From Candidatus Moraniibacteriota bacterium (GTDB taxonomy: Bacteria > Patescibacteriota > Minisyncoccia > Moranbacterales > UBA9337), in contig JAQVJM010000003.1 in the NCBI GenBank assembly GCA_028695135.1, forward strand, positions 2,571-66,570: a stretch of DNA of 64,000 bases, given 5' to 3'. Positions 32,392 through 43,568 of the stretch are shown one piece after another. How positions within the stretch are numbered: the first letter of the stretch is position 1; each line of letters opens with the position of its first letter. The position numbers were made by a program, and so were the translations under genes. Under the pieces are notes generated by a model. That model worked only from the letters and a program-made list of their open reading frames with translations, did no database searches and was not told the DNA's origin.

Positions 32392-32582
32392 AAAATTTGA
32401 TTTATAAAGTTTATTATAAAAACTGTCAAAATATATGTTGACATATTTTTGGGTTTGTGTATAATAAGTCTTATAAACATTCGATGACTTACTTAAATAC
32501 GGGGAAAAATTAAATAAATATAGTAAAACTCATTTATTAACCTTTTTCTAAATAAGAAAAAGGTTGTGTGAGGATTGTTTTT

Positions 32583-35500
32583 ATGTCTAAAAGCAAGAAA
32601 GAGTTGAAGGTAAAAAGAAGAATAGGCGCTTCATCTTCTTTATCTAAAAGAAAGTTCTTTAAGAAAAATTTCATGGTTTCTTTGCCGAACCTGATCGAAG
32701 CCCAGACTGATTCTTATAATTGGTTTTTGAAAAATGGTTTTCAGGAACTTATAGATGAAATTAATCCTATTGCCGATACTTCCGGCAATCTGGAAGTTTC
32801 GATATCTGATTTTTATTTGGATGAACCCAAATATGATGAAAGTACTTCCAAAGATAAAAACATATCATACGAAGCTCCTCTTAAGGCGAAGGCTTCTCTT
32901 CTTATAAAGAAAACCGGAGAAATAAGAGAACAGGAAATTTATCTAGGCGATTTTCCGGTTATGACTGACAGAGGAACGTTTATCATAAATGGAGTGGAAA
33001 GAGTGGTGATCCATCAGCTCATCAGGAGTCCCGGAGTTTTCTTTACCATGGAGTATCAAAAGGGAAAGAAGCTTTTTGGTGCAAAAATAATTCCCAACAG
33101 AGGAGCTTGGCTTGAAATAGACACGGATGCGGATGGGGTAATTTCTGTCAAAATAGATAGAAAGAGAAAATTGCCGATAACCGCTCTTTTGCGCGCTTTC
33201 GGATATAAAAATGAAAAATTAAAGGAAGTCTTTGCGGATATCAACAAGGGAGAGGCTGACTTTATCGAAGAAACTTTAGCTAAAGATATCTCCAAAACCA
33301 GGGGAGAGAGCTATAAGGAAATATATAAAAGAATCAGGCCGGGGGATTTTGCTACGGAAGAAAACGCCAAGCAGATGGTCGACTCGATGTTTTTTGATTT
33401 TGAAAAATATGATTTTGGAAGCGTGGGAAGATATAGGCTTAACCAAAGACTGGAATTGAACCGCGAAGACATTCCGGAAAACAGGGTTCTCTTAGTTGAT
33501 GATCTTGTCTTGATAGTGAAGGAGATAATCCGCCTTAATAATGATCCGATGGCGCAGGCTGACGATATAGATCATCTGGGAAACAGAAGAGTTAGAGGAG
33601 TGGGAGAACTGATACAGAATAAATTGAGAATAGGGATGACCAGAATGGCGAGAAATACCAAGGATAGGATGAGTACCTGTGAAGTGGAAACGGTTGTTCC
33701 CGGCCAGCTAGTAAACTCCCGTCCGGTAGCGGCGGCTATAAAAGAATTTTTTTCCAGTTCCCAGTTATCTCAGTTTATGGATCAGGTAAATCCTCTTGCC
33801 GAATTGGAACACAAAAGAAGATTGAGTGCCATGGGACCGGGAGGCTTAACGAGAGAAAGAGCCGGATTTGAAGTGCGTGATGTGCATCATTCTCATTATG
33901 GTAGGATCTGTCCCGTTCAGACTCCGGAGGGTCCGAATATCGGATTAGTAGGCCAAATGGCTTGCTATTCAAGAATAAATAAATACGGTTTTTTGGAAAC
34001 TCCTTATTTAAAAGTGGAAAAAACGGCTAGAAATTCTGTTTCTGATCTAGTGGGAAGAATTTTATCCGAAGGAATATCAGGAGTTGCCGATAAAGGAACA
34101 AAAATAGATGAAAAATTAGCCAAAAAAATTGTTAAAACCAAAAAAGACGAAATTAAAGTCGTTCCTTTTATAAGGGAAAAGATAGAATTTATCGATGCGA
34201 CAGTCGAGGACAGGAAAAATATAGCTCACGCAGGAATAGAAATAGATGAAGATGGAAACATCGTGGAAAAAAGCGTGGAAGCTCGGGTAAAAAGCCATCC
34301 GGAAATGATAAGCAGTGAAAATGTCGACTATATAGATGTTTCCGCCAAGCAGTGTATTTCTGTCGCAACATCCATGATTCCTTTTTTGGAGCATGATGAT
34401 GCCAACCGTGCTCTCATGGGATCCAATATGCAACGTCAGGCAGTTTCTTGCGTCAAGCCGGAAGCCCCGATCGTCGGTACCGGAATAGAAGACAAGGCGG
34501 CCAGTGATTCCGGACAAGTAGTTTTGGCTGTTAATGATGGAGAAGTTATCGTATCTGACGCAGAAAGAATTATTGTCAAGGAGAAAAGTCCGGCCGGAGC
34601 CAAAAATAAATTTTTCAGAAGGGAGTATCGCCTGCAGAGTTTTGCCAAATCAAACGCTTTTACCAGTATGAACCAGGTTCCTAGAGTCATAATCGGCGAT
34701 AGGATTGAAAAAGGGCAACTTTTGGCGGACGGCGCTTCCACTGATCATGGCGAAATCGCTTTGGGACAAAACGTTTTGACCGCTTTCATCCCATGGAATG
34801 GATATAATTTTGAAGATGCTATCATAATTTCAGAGAGACTGCTCCATGATGACAGATATAGCTCGATTCACATCGAGGATTTTTCTATTGATGTCCGTGA
34901 TACGAAGCTCGGACCGGAAGTTGTTACAAGAGATATTCCCAATATCGGGGAAGAAAGACTGAAAAATCTGGATCAGGACGGAATTATCAGAGTTGGAGCG
35001 GAAGTTGTCTCCGGAGATATTTTAGTGGGAAAAATCACTCCCAAAGGAGAAGGCGATCTGACTGCCGAAGAAAGACTTCTCAGGGCGATATTCGGAGAAA
35101 AATCAAGAGATGTTAAAGATTCTTCCCTTTATCTTCCGCATGGAAAGCATGGGAAAGTGGTTGATATTAAGATATTTTCCAGAGAGCAAGGAGACAAGCT
35201 ATCTACCGGAGTGATAAAAAAAATCCAAGTTTCCGTGGCCCAGCTCAGGAGAGTGGCGGTGGGAGATAAATTGGCCGGAAGGCATGGAAACAAAGGAGTC
35301 ATATCCCGTATAGCGCCTGTCGAAGATATGCCGTATCTTCCGGATGGGACTCCGGTGGACGTGATTTTAAATCCTTTGGGAGTTGCCAGCCGTATGAATA
35401 TCGGACAGATCCTTGAAACGCATCTGGGATGGGCGGCTTCAAAATTGGGATATAAGGTGGCTACGCCGGCTCTTGATGGAGTGAGTGAGGAAGATATAAA

Positions 35501-35963
35501 AAATGAATTGAAAAAAGCCGGACTCCCGGAAAATGGAAAACTGAAACTTGTTGACGGAAAGACAGGAGAGTATTTTGATAACGAATCAACCGTGGGAGTC
35601 ATGTATATAATGAAATTAAACCATCTGGTTGATGACAAGATGCATATGCGATCAATCGGCCCTTATTCCCTCATAACCCAGCAACCCTTGGGAGGAAAGG
35701 CTCAATTCGGAGGGCAAAGGTTCGGAGAAATGGAAGTGTGGGCGCTGGAGGGATACGGAGCCGCTTATACGCTTCAGGAAATGCTTACCATAAAATCGGA
35801 CGACGTTAGAGGAAGGTCGAATGCTTACGAATCGATAATCAAAGGAGAAAGGATAAGCAGTCCGAGCATTCCGGCTTCTTTCCATGTCCTGGTTAATGAA
35901 CTTAGAGGGTTGTGCATGAATGTAGAACTTATCGGGATGAAAAAACAGGAAGAAGAAAAATAA
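32583..35963 (+). CDS. rpoB: RNA polymerase beta subunit
   Basis: HYGRICP..TPEGPNIG, GDKLAGRHGNKG, GGQRFGEMEVWA. Confidence 0.99.
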   Translation: MSKSKKELKVKRRIGASSSLSKRKFFKKNFMVSLPNLIEAQTDSYNWFLKNGFQELIDEINPIADTSGNLEVSISDFYLDEPKYDESTSKDKNISYEAPLKAKASLLIKKTGEIREQEIYLGDFPVMTDRGTFIINGVERVVIHQLIRSPGVFFTMEYQKGKKLFGAKIIPNRGAWLEIDTDADGVISVKIDRKRKLPITALLRAFGYKNEKLKEVFADINKGEADFIEETLAKDISKTRGESYKEIYKRIRPGDFATEENAKQMVDSMFFDFEKYDFGSVGRYRLNQRLELNREDIPENRVLLVDDLVLIVKEIIRLNNDPMAQADDIDHLGNRRVRGVGELIQNKLRIGMTRMARNTKDRMSTCEVETVVPGQLVNSRPVAAAIKEFFSSSQLSQFMDQVNPLAELEHKRRLSAMGPGGLTRERAGFEVRDVHHSHYGRICPVQTPEGPNIGLVGQMACYSRINKYGFLETPYLKVEKTARNSVSDLVGRILSEGISGVADKGTKIDEKLAKKIVKTKKDEIKVVPFIREKIEFIDATVEDRKNIAHAGIEIDEDGNIVEKSVEARVKSHPEMISSENVDYIDVSAKQCISVATSMIPFLEHDDANRALMGSNMQRQAVSCVKPEAPIVGTGIEDKAASDSGQVVLAVNDGEVIVSDAERIIVKEKSPAGAKNKFFRREYRLQSFAKSNAFTSMNQVPRVIIGDRIEKGQLLADGASTDHGEIALGQNVLTAFIPWNGYNFEDAIIISERLLHDDRYSSIHIEDFSIDVRDTKLGPEVVTRDIPNIGEERLKNLDQDGIIRVGAEVVSGDILVGKITPKGEGDLTAEERLLRAIFGEKSRDVKDSSLYLPHGKHGKVVDIKIFSREQGDKLSTGVIKKIQVSVAQLRRVAVGDKLAGRHGNKGVISRIAPVEDMPYLPDGTPVDVILNPLGVASRMNIGQILETHLGWAASKLGYKVATPALDGVSEEDIKNELKKAGLPENGKLKLVDGKTGEYFDNESTVGVMYIMKLNHLVDDKMHMRSIGPYSLITQQPLGGKAQFGGQRFGEMEVWALEGYGAAYTLQEMLTIKSDDVRGRSNAYESIIKGERISSPSIPASFHVLVNELRGLCMNVELIGMKKQEEEK

Positions 35964-36047
35964 TATTTAAATAAATTTATAATATTTTAAGTTAGCTGAC
36001 CAAATTGAAAAAAATAATGGTTTTTGCTAATCTTTTCCAAAAAGTCT

Positions 36048-39000
36048 ATGGAAAATAACACAGGAGTAAGCGATTTCAGAAGCGTTCGCTTAAGCTTGGC
36101 TAGCCCTGATAAGATTTTGGAATGGTCCAAGGGGGAAGTGACCAAGCCTGAAACTATAAACTATAGAACTCAGAGATATGAAAAGGACGGTCTTTTCTGC
36201 GAGAAAATTTTCGGTCCGGCCAAAGACTGGGAATGCTATTGCGGGAAATATAAAAGAATAAGATATAAGGGAATAATCTGCGATAAATGTGGAGTCGAAG
36301 TCACTCGTTCCAATGTTAGAAGGGAAAGGATGGGTCATATCAAATTGGCTGTCCCGGTTTCTCATATCTGGTTTTTGCGTAGTGTTCCTTCCCGGGTCGG
36401 ATTGGCACTGGGACTTTCCTATCAAGATCTGGAAAGAGTGGTTTATTTTTCCGCGTATATAGTTACCAACATAGATGAGGAAAAAAGAAGCAATTTTTTG
36501 GATCAAGCTAATAAGGAGCTTAGGGCTAAAATAAAGAAAGCCAAAAAAGAGAGCAAGGATTCAAAAGAGGAAAAAGATTCAGTGGAAGAAATAAAAAATC
36601 AATACGATTATGTAACAAGCGAAGTTAAGAACCTAAAATTATTCAAGGTTCTTTCCGAGATTGAATATTTCAATTTATCCTCTCAGGCCGGACAGGTTTT
36701 TAATGCCGGAATCGGAGCGGAAGCTGTCAAGATGCTTTTGGCCAACTTGGATATAGATAACACTATCAAAGATTTAAAAAAGGATCTTAGCGATGGTAAA
36801 AAAACTGCTGATAAAAAAACTTTAAGAAGGATTAAGTTACTGCAAGGATTCAAACGCTCAGGATTGGAATTAAACTGGATGTTCCCGACTGTCATACCTG
36901 TTATTCCGCCTGATTTGCGTCCGATGGTGGCTTTGAACGGAGGAAGATATGCCACTTCCGACCTTAACGATTTATACAGAAGAATCATAAACAGGAACAA
37001 TAGATTAAAGAAACTTATTAATCTGGGAGCGCCGGAAGTGATTACGAGAAACGAAAAAAGGATGCTTCAGGAAGCGGTGGATTCTCTTTTTGACAACAGT
37101 ATGAGGCGGTCGCATGCCTCTGTAGCCGCTTCTACCGGACAAAAGAGGCCGCTAAGATCTTTGGCCGATTCACTGAAAGGAAAGCAAGGAAGATTCAGGC
37201 AAAATCTTTTGGGAAAACGTGTCGATTATTCAGGCAGAAGTGTTATCGTGGTCGGTCCGCAATTAAAACTTCACCAAGTCGGACTTCCCAAGAAGATGGC
37301 GCTGGAATTATTCAAGCCTTTTATCATAAATAAGCTTATAGGAAAAGAGTATGCCCATAATGTCAGGATGGCGGGAAGGATGGTGGATATGGAAACCGAG
37401 GAGGCTTATGAGATTTTGGATGATATAATCAAGAAACATTACGTTCTTCTTAATCGTGCTCCGACCCTGCATCGTCTTTCGATCCAGGCGTTCCAGCCTG
37501 TTCTCATTGAAGGAAAGGCGATTCAAATTCATCCGATGGTCTGCGCCGCTTTTAACGCGGACTTTGACGGAGACCAGATGGCGGTCCATGTTCCTTTGAC
37601 AGACAAAGCCAGAGAAGAGAGCGCCAACATGATGCTTTCTTCTAAAAATCTTTTAAAACCGGCCAGTGGTGACCCTATAACCACTCCCACTCTGGATATA
37701 GTTCTCGGGGTTTATTATTTGACGCATATCAAAGATCCAGGCAATGATGACGTGAGGCGTTTTTCTTCAAAAGAAGAGGCTCTGCTGGCTTATAATCTGG
37801 GAAATCTGGATATAAATGCCAGGATAAAGGTTGATATGGGAGAAAAAATGATAGAAACTTCGGTCGGAAGGATTATGTTGAACGACTTAATGCCCGAAGA
37901 AATTCCTTTTATCAACGAAGAGCTTACTAAATCAGAACTCAAAAAAATCGTTTCTCAAATGTTGGCGATTGTCGGCCAGGAAAGAACGGCAAAATTTGTC
38001 GATGATGTAAAAAATCTCGGATTTAAATCTGCCAGCAAGTCAGGAATAAGTTGGGGAATGGATGACCTGGTTGTTCCGGAAAGAAAGAAAGAAATAATTT
38101 CCGAGTCTGAGGAAAAAATTTCTGCGGTTATCGATCAATACAACGCCGGACTTCTGACCAATGAGGAAAAAAGGAATAAGTCAATCGAGATTTGGAATGA
38201 AGCCAAAAACAATATTACGGAAGAGGTTCGAAAATCTTTGGATACAGAAGGTCCTGTTTATGGAATGGTTTATTCAAAAGCTAGAGGAAGTGAATCGGTT
38301 GTAGTACAGATGACCGGAATGAAGGGTCTGATGGCTGATGCCAGTGGAGAAACGATCGAACTTCCGGTTAAAAGTTCATACAAAGAAGGCCTGAACGTTC
38401 TTGAATATTTCATGTCTACTCATGGAGCTAGAAAAGGTATGGCCGATACCGCCTTAAGGACTGCGACTGCGGGATATTTGACCAGGAGGCTGGTGGATGT
38501 GGCCCAAGATATTGTCGTCAGAGAGGATGATTGCGGAGATAAAAATGGGACATATCTTTATAGGGAGGATTCTGATAGGATAGGCCAGAGCTTTGCGGAT
38601 AGAGTCATAGGCAGAGTGCTGCTTGAAGATATAATCAATCCTAAGACCAAGAAAAAAATAGCTTCCAAAGGAGAGCTGGTTACGATAGAACAGTCTCAAG
38701 AAATAGAGAAAGCCAAAATAGAAAAAGTCAAAATCAGGAGCGTCGTTTCCTGCAAAGTAAAGACGGGGATTTGCAGAAAATGCTACGGTTTGGATCTAGG
38801 GAGAGGCGGATTGGTGGAAAAAGGAGAGGCGGTCGGAATTGTTGCCGCCCAAGCCATCGGAGAGCCGGGAACCCAGCTTACCATGAGAACTTTCCATGTC
38901 GGAGGCGTAGCCGGATCTGATATTACCCAGGGTCTTCCCAGAGTCGAAGAAATTTTTGAAGTGAGGCCGCCAAAAGGAGAAGCTTTGATTTCAGAAGAAG

Positions 39001-39635
39001 AGGGAAGGATCAAAAGCATGGAAACCGATCCGAGAGGAAAATTTGTAACAATAAAGGTGGAATCTGTTTCCAATAAGGGAAAAATAAAAGAATATCAAGT
39101 TCCTGCCAATGTAAACATGAAAGTTTCCAAAGGAGAACTGATAGCCAAAGGAACGGTCCTGTCGGAAGGGCATATCGACCTGAAAAAACTCTACAATGTT
39201 ATGGGAGAAGAAGAGGTGCATAGATACATAGTTAGGGAAATCCAGGAAATCTACGCTTCTCAGGGAGAAGGGATAAATGATAAGCATGTGGAAGTCATAA
39301 TAAGGCAGATGTTGAGCAGGATAAGCATAGACGATCCGGGTGACAGCAATCTTTTGGCCGGTGATGTTATCAGTAGGGAACAGTTCGATACTCTTAATGA
39401 AGAGCTGAAGGCCAAGGGAAAATCTTTGGTCAAAGGGAAGGCTTCCATATTGGGGATTACCAAGGTGGCGCTTTCTACCGAGTCATTCCTCAGCGCCGCT
39501 TCCTTCATAGAAACTGCCAGGGTTCTCATCAATGCCGCAGTTGAAAGTAAGGAAGATCACTTAAAAGGCCTGAAGGAAAATGTAATTATAGGAAGGCTTA
39601 TTCCGGCCGGAAGCGGATTCAAAAGCAGAGAATAG
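36048..39635 (+). CDS. rpoC: RNA polymerase beta' subunit
   Basis: Zn-binding N-terminus, [23 protein letters not shown]. Confidence 0.99.
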   Translation: MENNTGVSDFRSVRLSLASPDKILEWSKGEVTKPETINYRTQRYEKDGLFCEKIFGPAKDWECYCGKYKRIRYKGIICDKCGVEVTRSNVRRERMGHIKLAVPVSHIWFLRSVPSRVGLALGLSYQDLERVVYFSAYIVTNIDEEKRSNFLDQANKELRAKIKKAKKESKDSKEEKDSVEEIKNQYDYVTSEVKNLKLFKVLSEIEYFNLSSQAGQVFNAGIGAEAVKMLLANLDIDNTIKDLKKDLSDGKKTADKKTLRRIKLLQGFKRSGLELNWMFPTVIPVIPPDLRPMVALNGGRYATSDLNDLYRRIINRNNRLKKLINLGAPEVITRNEKRMLQEAVDSLFDNSMRRSHASVAASTGQKRPLRSLADSLKGKQGRFRQNLLGKRVDYSGRSVIVVGPQLKLHQVGLPKKMALELFKPFIINKLIGKEYAHNVRMAGRMVDMETEEAYEILDDIIKKHYVLLNRAPTLHRLSIQAFQPVLIEGKAIQIHPMVCAAFNADFDGDQMAVHVPLTDKAREESANMMLSSKNLLKPASGDPITTPTLDIVLGVYYLTHIKDPGNDDVRRFSSKEEALLAYNLGNLDINARIKVDMGEKMIETSVGRIMLNDLMPEEIPFINEELTKSELKKIVSQMLAIVGQERTAKFVDDVKNLGFKSASKSGISWGMDDLVVPERKKEIISESEEKISAVIDQYNAGLLTNEEKRNKSIEIWNEAKNNITEEVRKSLDTEGPVYGMVYSKARGSESVVVQMTGMKGLMADASGETIELPVKSSYKEGLNVLEYFMSTHGARKGMADTALRTATAGYLTRRLVDVAQDIVVREDDCGDKNGTYLYREDSDRIGQSFADRVIGRVLLEDIINPKTKKKIASKGELVTIEQSQEIEKAKIEKVKIRSVVSCKVKTGICRKCYGLDLGRGGLVEKGEAVGIVAAQAIGEPGTQLTMRTFHVGGVAGSDITQGLPRVEEIFEVRPPKGEALISEEEGRIKSMETDPRGKFVTIKVESVSNKGKIKEYQVPANVNMKVSKGELIAKGTVLSEGHIDLKKLYNVMGEEEVHRYIVREIQEIYASQGEGINDKHVEVIIRQMLSRISIDDPGDSNLLAGDVISREQFDTLNEELKAKGKSLVKGKASILGITKVALSTESFLSAASFIETARVLINAAVESKEDHLKGLKENVIIGRLIPAGSGFKSRE

Positions 39636-39637
39636 GC

Positions 39638-39770
39638 TTGACAAAATTTTTCCGAACTGTTATTGTGTTAGAAACAATTGAAGAAAGTCCTCGGGTATCT
39701 CGCCTTTTTATAAGGATAAGATGTCAAAAACTCATCAATCAGAGACTTTCTTCATTTGATGGGTTTTTTA
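39638..39770 (+). promoter_or_regulatory. rpsF promoter and structured 5' leader with alternative terminator
   Basis: TTGACA-17-TATTGT; 39679-89 pairs with 39744-54; 39726-38 pairs with 39756-68 ending in U-tract. Confidence 0.6.
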
Positions 39771-39823
39771 ATTCCGCTCATTAGGTCGACATGTCATATA
39801 ATTAATTAAATAAATAAAAATAG

Positions 39824-40426
39824 ATGGAATATGAAGTTTGTTATCTTATAGGAGAAACTAAGGAAGCTAATCTTGAAAAGATAAGGAAAGAAGTGGAAGA
39901 AGTCATTGAAAAAAATAAGGGAAAATTGCTGGAAGGGGAGTTTGTAAAAAAGAGAAGATTGGCTTATGAGATAAAAAATGAATCGCGAGGAACTTATGTT
40001 GCCAAGAGGTTCGTTCTTCCTAGCAGGGATGAAAGAGACGAGAAATATAAAGGAGAAAATCTTGTCGGAAAAATAACCAAAGAAGTGGGTTTTAATCAAG
40101 ATATCCTTAGATTTATCATAGTTAAGGCGGATGAGATTCCGAGCCTGAAAGAATTGGAGAAATCGGAAAAAGGAGCAAGGGAAGAAAATAGAGATTTGAA
40201 AAAGGAGCTGGCAGCCAAAAAATTTGCTAAGGAAAAAAAATCCTTAACAGAGGATAAGGAGAAAGTATTTTCAAAAGATAAAAAGGAGTCTGGAACGGAA
40301 GAAAAAGTCGAGAAAGTTGTTTCCGAATCTCCTAAGATCGAAGAAAAAAAAGGTAAAAAAGAAGAAAAGAGCGATATTTCGGAGGATAATATTGATGAAA
40401 AGCTGGACGAAATACTTAATATTTAA
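39824..40426 (+). CDS. rpsF: 30S ribosomal protein S6 with long charged C-terminal extension
   Basis: YEV.YLI, RRLAYEIK, ILRFII; rpsF-ssb-rpsR synteny. Confidence 0.9.
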   Translation: MEYEVCYLIGETKEANLEKIRKEVEEVIEKNKGKLLEGEFVKKRRLAYEIKNESRGTYVAKRFVLPSRDERDEKYKGENLVGKITKEVGFNQDILRFIIVKADEIPSLKELEKSEKGAREENRDLKKELAAKKFAKEKKSLTEDKEKVFSKDKKESGTEEKVEKVVSESPKIEEKKGKKEEKSDISEDNIDEKLDEILNI

Positions 40427-40563
40427 TGATTTAAATCGTCTGCCCGAAATGTTAGGCGTATGCATTTCAGGCGGGCTAATCTACGCGAATTTCTTCGCTA
40501 ATTATCACGAAAATTACATAATATTCGAGATTAAATTAGTATAGATTCGCGGTAAAAATTATT

Positions 40564-41058
40564 ATGAATCTAAATAAAGTTATTCTCATAGGGAGATTGA
40601 CCAGAGATCCCGAGCTGAGAACTACGAATTCGGGCAGTACCGTGGCCAGCATCGGATTGGCGACTAACAGTTATTGGACGGATAAAAGCGGGCAAAAGCA
40701 GGAAAAGACGGAATTTCATAACATTGTTTTGTTCGGCAGAACAGCAGAAATAGCCGGACAGTATCTGATCAAGGGACAAGAGGCCTATTTTGAAGGAAGG
40801 CTTCAGACCAGAACCTATACCGGCAAAGACAATGTTGAGAGAAGAGTTACGGAAATCGTGGCGGAAAACATGCAATTCGGAAGCAAGCCTCAGGGAGCTG
40901 GAAATTATCGTCAAAATTCCCAACCTGCAGTTAATGCTTCAGCGAGCCAAAGCTTGGAAAAAAAAGATGGTTCGCAACCCGCGGCTGAAGATGATATCCC
41001 GACGATAAATCTTGATGAGGAAAAAGAAGAAGTCAAAATAGAAGATGTGCCGTTTTAA
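40564..41058 (+). CDS. ssb: Single-stranded DNA-binding protein
   Basis: NKVILIGRLTRDPE, EGRLQTR, C-terminal EDVPF. Confidence 0.97.
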   Translation: MNLNKVILIGRLTRDPELRTTNSGSTVASIGLATNSYWTDKSGQKQEKTEFHNIVLFGRTAEIAGQYLIKGQEAYFEGRLQTRTYTGKDNVERRVTEIVAENMQFGSKPQGAGNYRQNSQPAVNASASQSLEKKDGSQPAAEDDIPTINLDEEKEEVKIEDVPF

Positions 41059-41088
41059 ATGAGACATTAAGAAATTAAATTTAAAAAA

Positions 41089-41307
41089 ATGAACAATGCG
41101 ATAGAGAGAAAAGCCTGTTATTTCTGCCAGGAAAAAGTGGAAAAAATAGATTACAAAAATGCCGATTTTTTACGCCGATATGTGAATTCCCAAGGACGGA
41201 TTTATCCGCCCAGAAGATTCGGCACCTGCTCGAGGCATCAAAGGATTTTGACCAGAGCCTTGAAAAGAGCCAGGATAATGGGCTTCGTGCCTTTTATAAT
41301 CAAGTAA
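41089..41307 (+). CDS. rpsR: 30S ribosomal protein S18 (Zn-binding type)
   Basis: CYFC, IDYK, GTC..HQR....A.KRAR. Confidence 0.95.
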   Translation: MNNAIERKACYFCQEKVEKIDYKNADFLRRYVNSQGRIYPPRRFGTCSRHQRILTRALKRARIMGFVPFIIK

Positions 41308-41311
41308 TTTT

Positions 41312-41385
41312 GCATAGAGCATAAAGCATAGAGCATAAGACAAAATTATTATGTTCCATGTTCCATGTTCCATGTCTCATGTTTT
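41312..41385. repeat. Heptamer tandem repeats (GCATAGA)n and (ATGTTCC)n
   Basis: gcataga gcataaa gcataga gcataag ... atgttcc x3 atgtctc atgtttt. Confidence 0.7.
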
Positions 41386-41943
41386 GTGATCGGAATCAGC
41401 GACATAAAATCAGGCAAATATATAGTTCTAAATGGCGAACCATATAAGGTTCTGAGCATAAACCAGTCGGCCATCGGAAGAGGCGGGTCGGTTTTGAGGA
41501 CAAGGCTTCAAAATTTAGCCACAGGAGCCATATTGGACAAGACTTTCCAAGGTGCGGAGAAGGTCGAGGAAGCTGATATTGAAAAAACCCATGCCCAGTA
41601 TTTATACAAAGAAAATGAAGGATTTTCTTTTATGGACAGCAAGAGCTATGAGCAATTTTCCATCGCCAAAGAAATGATCGGAGATATGTCTGATTATATG
41701 GTCGAAGGCACAGAAGTTACCATAATCAATTTTAACGGAAACCCGATAACAGTAGAGCTTCCGGTAAAAGTAAAACTTAAGGTTATCGATGCTCCTCCTG
41801 GAGTAAAAGGAGATACTGCGTCCGGCGGAGACAAATTGGTAACAGTTGAAACAGGAGCAAAAATAACGACGCCTTTATTCGTGGACAAAGGAGACACCAT
41901 AATCGTGAATACCGAAAAGGGAGAGTATGTTTCCAGAGCGTAA
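41386..41943 (+). CDS. efp: Elongation factor P (Arg at loop tip)
   Basis: IGRGG loop, YLY.E...F.FMD...YEQ, PGVKGDT, Y.SRA; GTG 41386 preferred start. Confidence 0.95.
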   Translation: MIGISDIKSGKYIVLNGEPYKVLSINQSAIGRGGSVLRTRLQNLATGAILDKTFQGAEKVEEADIEKTHAQYLYKENEGFSFMDSKSYEQFSIAKEMIGDMSDYMVEGTEVTIINFNGNPITVELPVKVKLKVIDAPPGVKGDTASGGDKLVTVETGAKITTPLFVDKGDTIIVNTEKGEYVSRA

Positions 41944-41944
41944 A

Positions 41945-41998
41945 ATGTTCTAGGTGTTCTAAGCGCTCTAAATGTTCTAAGTGTTGTAAATGTTGAAA
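41945..41998. repeat. 9-mer degenerate tandem repeat (AATGTTCTA)n
   Basis: aatgttcta ggtgttcta agcgctcta aatgttcta agtgttgta aatgttgaa. Confidence 0.65.
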
Positions 41999-42165
41999 TT
42001 ATTGTAAGTGTATTTTTTTATTTTTACCAAAACCGCCGGATAGGCGGTTTTTAAAATTATAAAAAATATCTCTTAATTTTTTGACACATTAGTGAGCGCA
42101 TCTTTCATGGAACATTTAAATTCTTATCCAGGCGTGGTAAAATAGAAAATATAAATTATAAAAAT

Positions 42166-42606
42166 ATGTTCAAAGTCGGCGCATTTACCGTAATTTTTAA
42201 CGACAAGAAGGAGGTTCTTCTTTGCCACAGAAGAGATCATGATTTATGGAATCTTCCCGGGGGTAAGGTAGAGGAAGGCGAGTCTCCATGGGATGGAGCT
42301 ATCAGGGAAGTGAAAGAAGAGACAGGATTGGAAGTAAAAATTGATAAACTTGCCGGAGTTTATTTCAAGCCGGAGGAAAATGAAATTGTCTTTAATTTTA
42401 TCTGTTACAAGGTCGGAGGAAAAATAACGCTGAACGATGAGGCGGATGAAATAATATATTTTTCTTTTGATGAAATTCCAAAAAATTTCTCAAAAAAACA
42501 GAAAGAGAGGATCGAGGATGTTTTGAAGAATGGAGAAGAAACCGTATTTAAGATTCAAAAGGGTCTAAGTACGCTTGATTTATTAAAAAATAACAATAAG
42601 CAATAA
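42166..42606 (+). CDS. NUDIX hydrolase
   Basis: GGKVEEGESPWDGAIREVKEETGL Nudix box. Confidence 0.92.
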   Translation: MFKVGAFTVIFNDKKEVLLCHRRDHDLWNLPGGKVEEGESPWDGAIREVKEETGLEVKIDKLAGVYFKPEENEIVFNFICYKVGGKITLNDEADEIIYFSFDEIPKNFSKKQKERIEDVLKNGEETVFKIQKGLSTLDLLKNNNKQ

Positions 42607-42634
42607 TTTTACCATATTACGTAATATGGTAAAA
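42607..42634. repeat. Perfect 28-bp palindrome
   Basis: TTTTACCATATTAC|GTAATATGGTAAAA. Confidence 0.8.
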
Positions 42635-42897
42635 GAGATAAATAAGAAAGGCAAGAGAGATATTTTTATGTTTATTTGGAGGCTTCTGCAGAAGCCTCTA
42701 TTTTTATTAGGATTCATTTATCGGTGCTTTTTCTATCTTTTTATCAAGTCCCCGTTATATTTTTTTAATCAAGCGTCGCAGCTATTTCTTTAAATTAGCC
42801 ACGCTTTTTTTGACAAAGTTATCCATTTATGCTATAAACCAAGGAAACTCTTGAAAGCATTTTTGGTTTTTTTAAAATTTTTTTGGAGGAAAATAAG

Positions 42898-43377
42898 ATG
42901 GCTTCGAAATCTGATCTGGGTGAATATATAACCCAAGAGGGAGTGAAAATCCCCTTAAGGGAATACATAAAAAAGATGGAAAGCATTATGGCGGCCAGCA
43001 GGGTGTCTTCCCAGGGCTTGCGCTTGGTCAAGGCAAAAAACCGCCAGCGCATCCCCGTAAGACATAAGGTTAGAACAGGCAGGGTGCGGGTTCTATCCAG
43101 GGAAGAGATTATTTTGGAAGAGATTTTGCGCTTTTCCATAAACAAGCCGATGATTATCATCGGCTTCGTGATGATTCTAATGGAACTGGATTATTATTTC
43201 GATGAAATAAATCCGGTAGATCTTTCCGATCTGCTCCAAGAAATGGGATTTGAAAAAATCTCATTGACGGACGCGAAGAGAGTCCTGGAAAAAATATGCA
43301 GGAGCGATCTCCTGGAACATCTTATTGCCAAAAGTAAACTGAGCCTTATCGGAGCGTACAAGCTCTATTTAGGCTAA
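42898..43377 (+). CDS. Hypothetical protein
   Basis: GGAGG SD before ATG 42898; terminator hairpin at about 43394-43425. Confidence 0.6.
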   Translation: MASKSDLGEYITQEGVKIPLREYIKKMESIMAASRVSSQGLRLVKAKNRQRIPVRHKVRTGRVRVLSREEIILEEILRFSINKPMIIIGFVMILMELDYYFDEINPVDLSDLLQEMGFEKISLTDAKRVLEKICRSDLLEHLIAKSKLSLIGAYKLYLG

Positions 43378-43568
43378 GGGGCGCATTTTTCAGGCGGGTA
43401 TCGGAATTTCCGATCCCCGCTTTTTATTCGGATATATCTTTCTAAGAAAGGATAGAGCGGTATGTTCAAGGGTATGTTCAAGTGTGGTAGAATAATATTG
43501 TGAACAATTAGAATAATGAAATACATCAATATACTAATATATTGATGTGGAATAAAAATAAAAAAAAT

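Noticed and set aside
42626-42793. 55-aa Phe-rich ORF as a further leader peptide
   Set aside because: Starts inside a palindrome, reads through a terminator-like hairpin, and lacks the shared antiterminator scaffold
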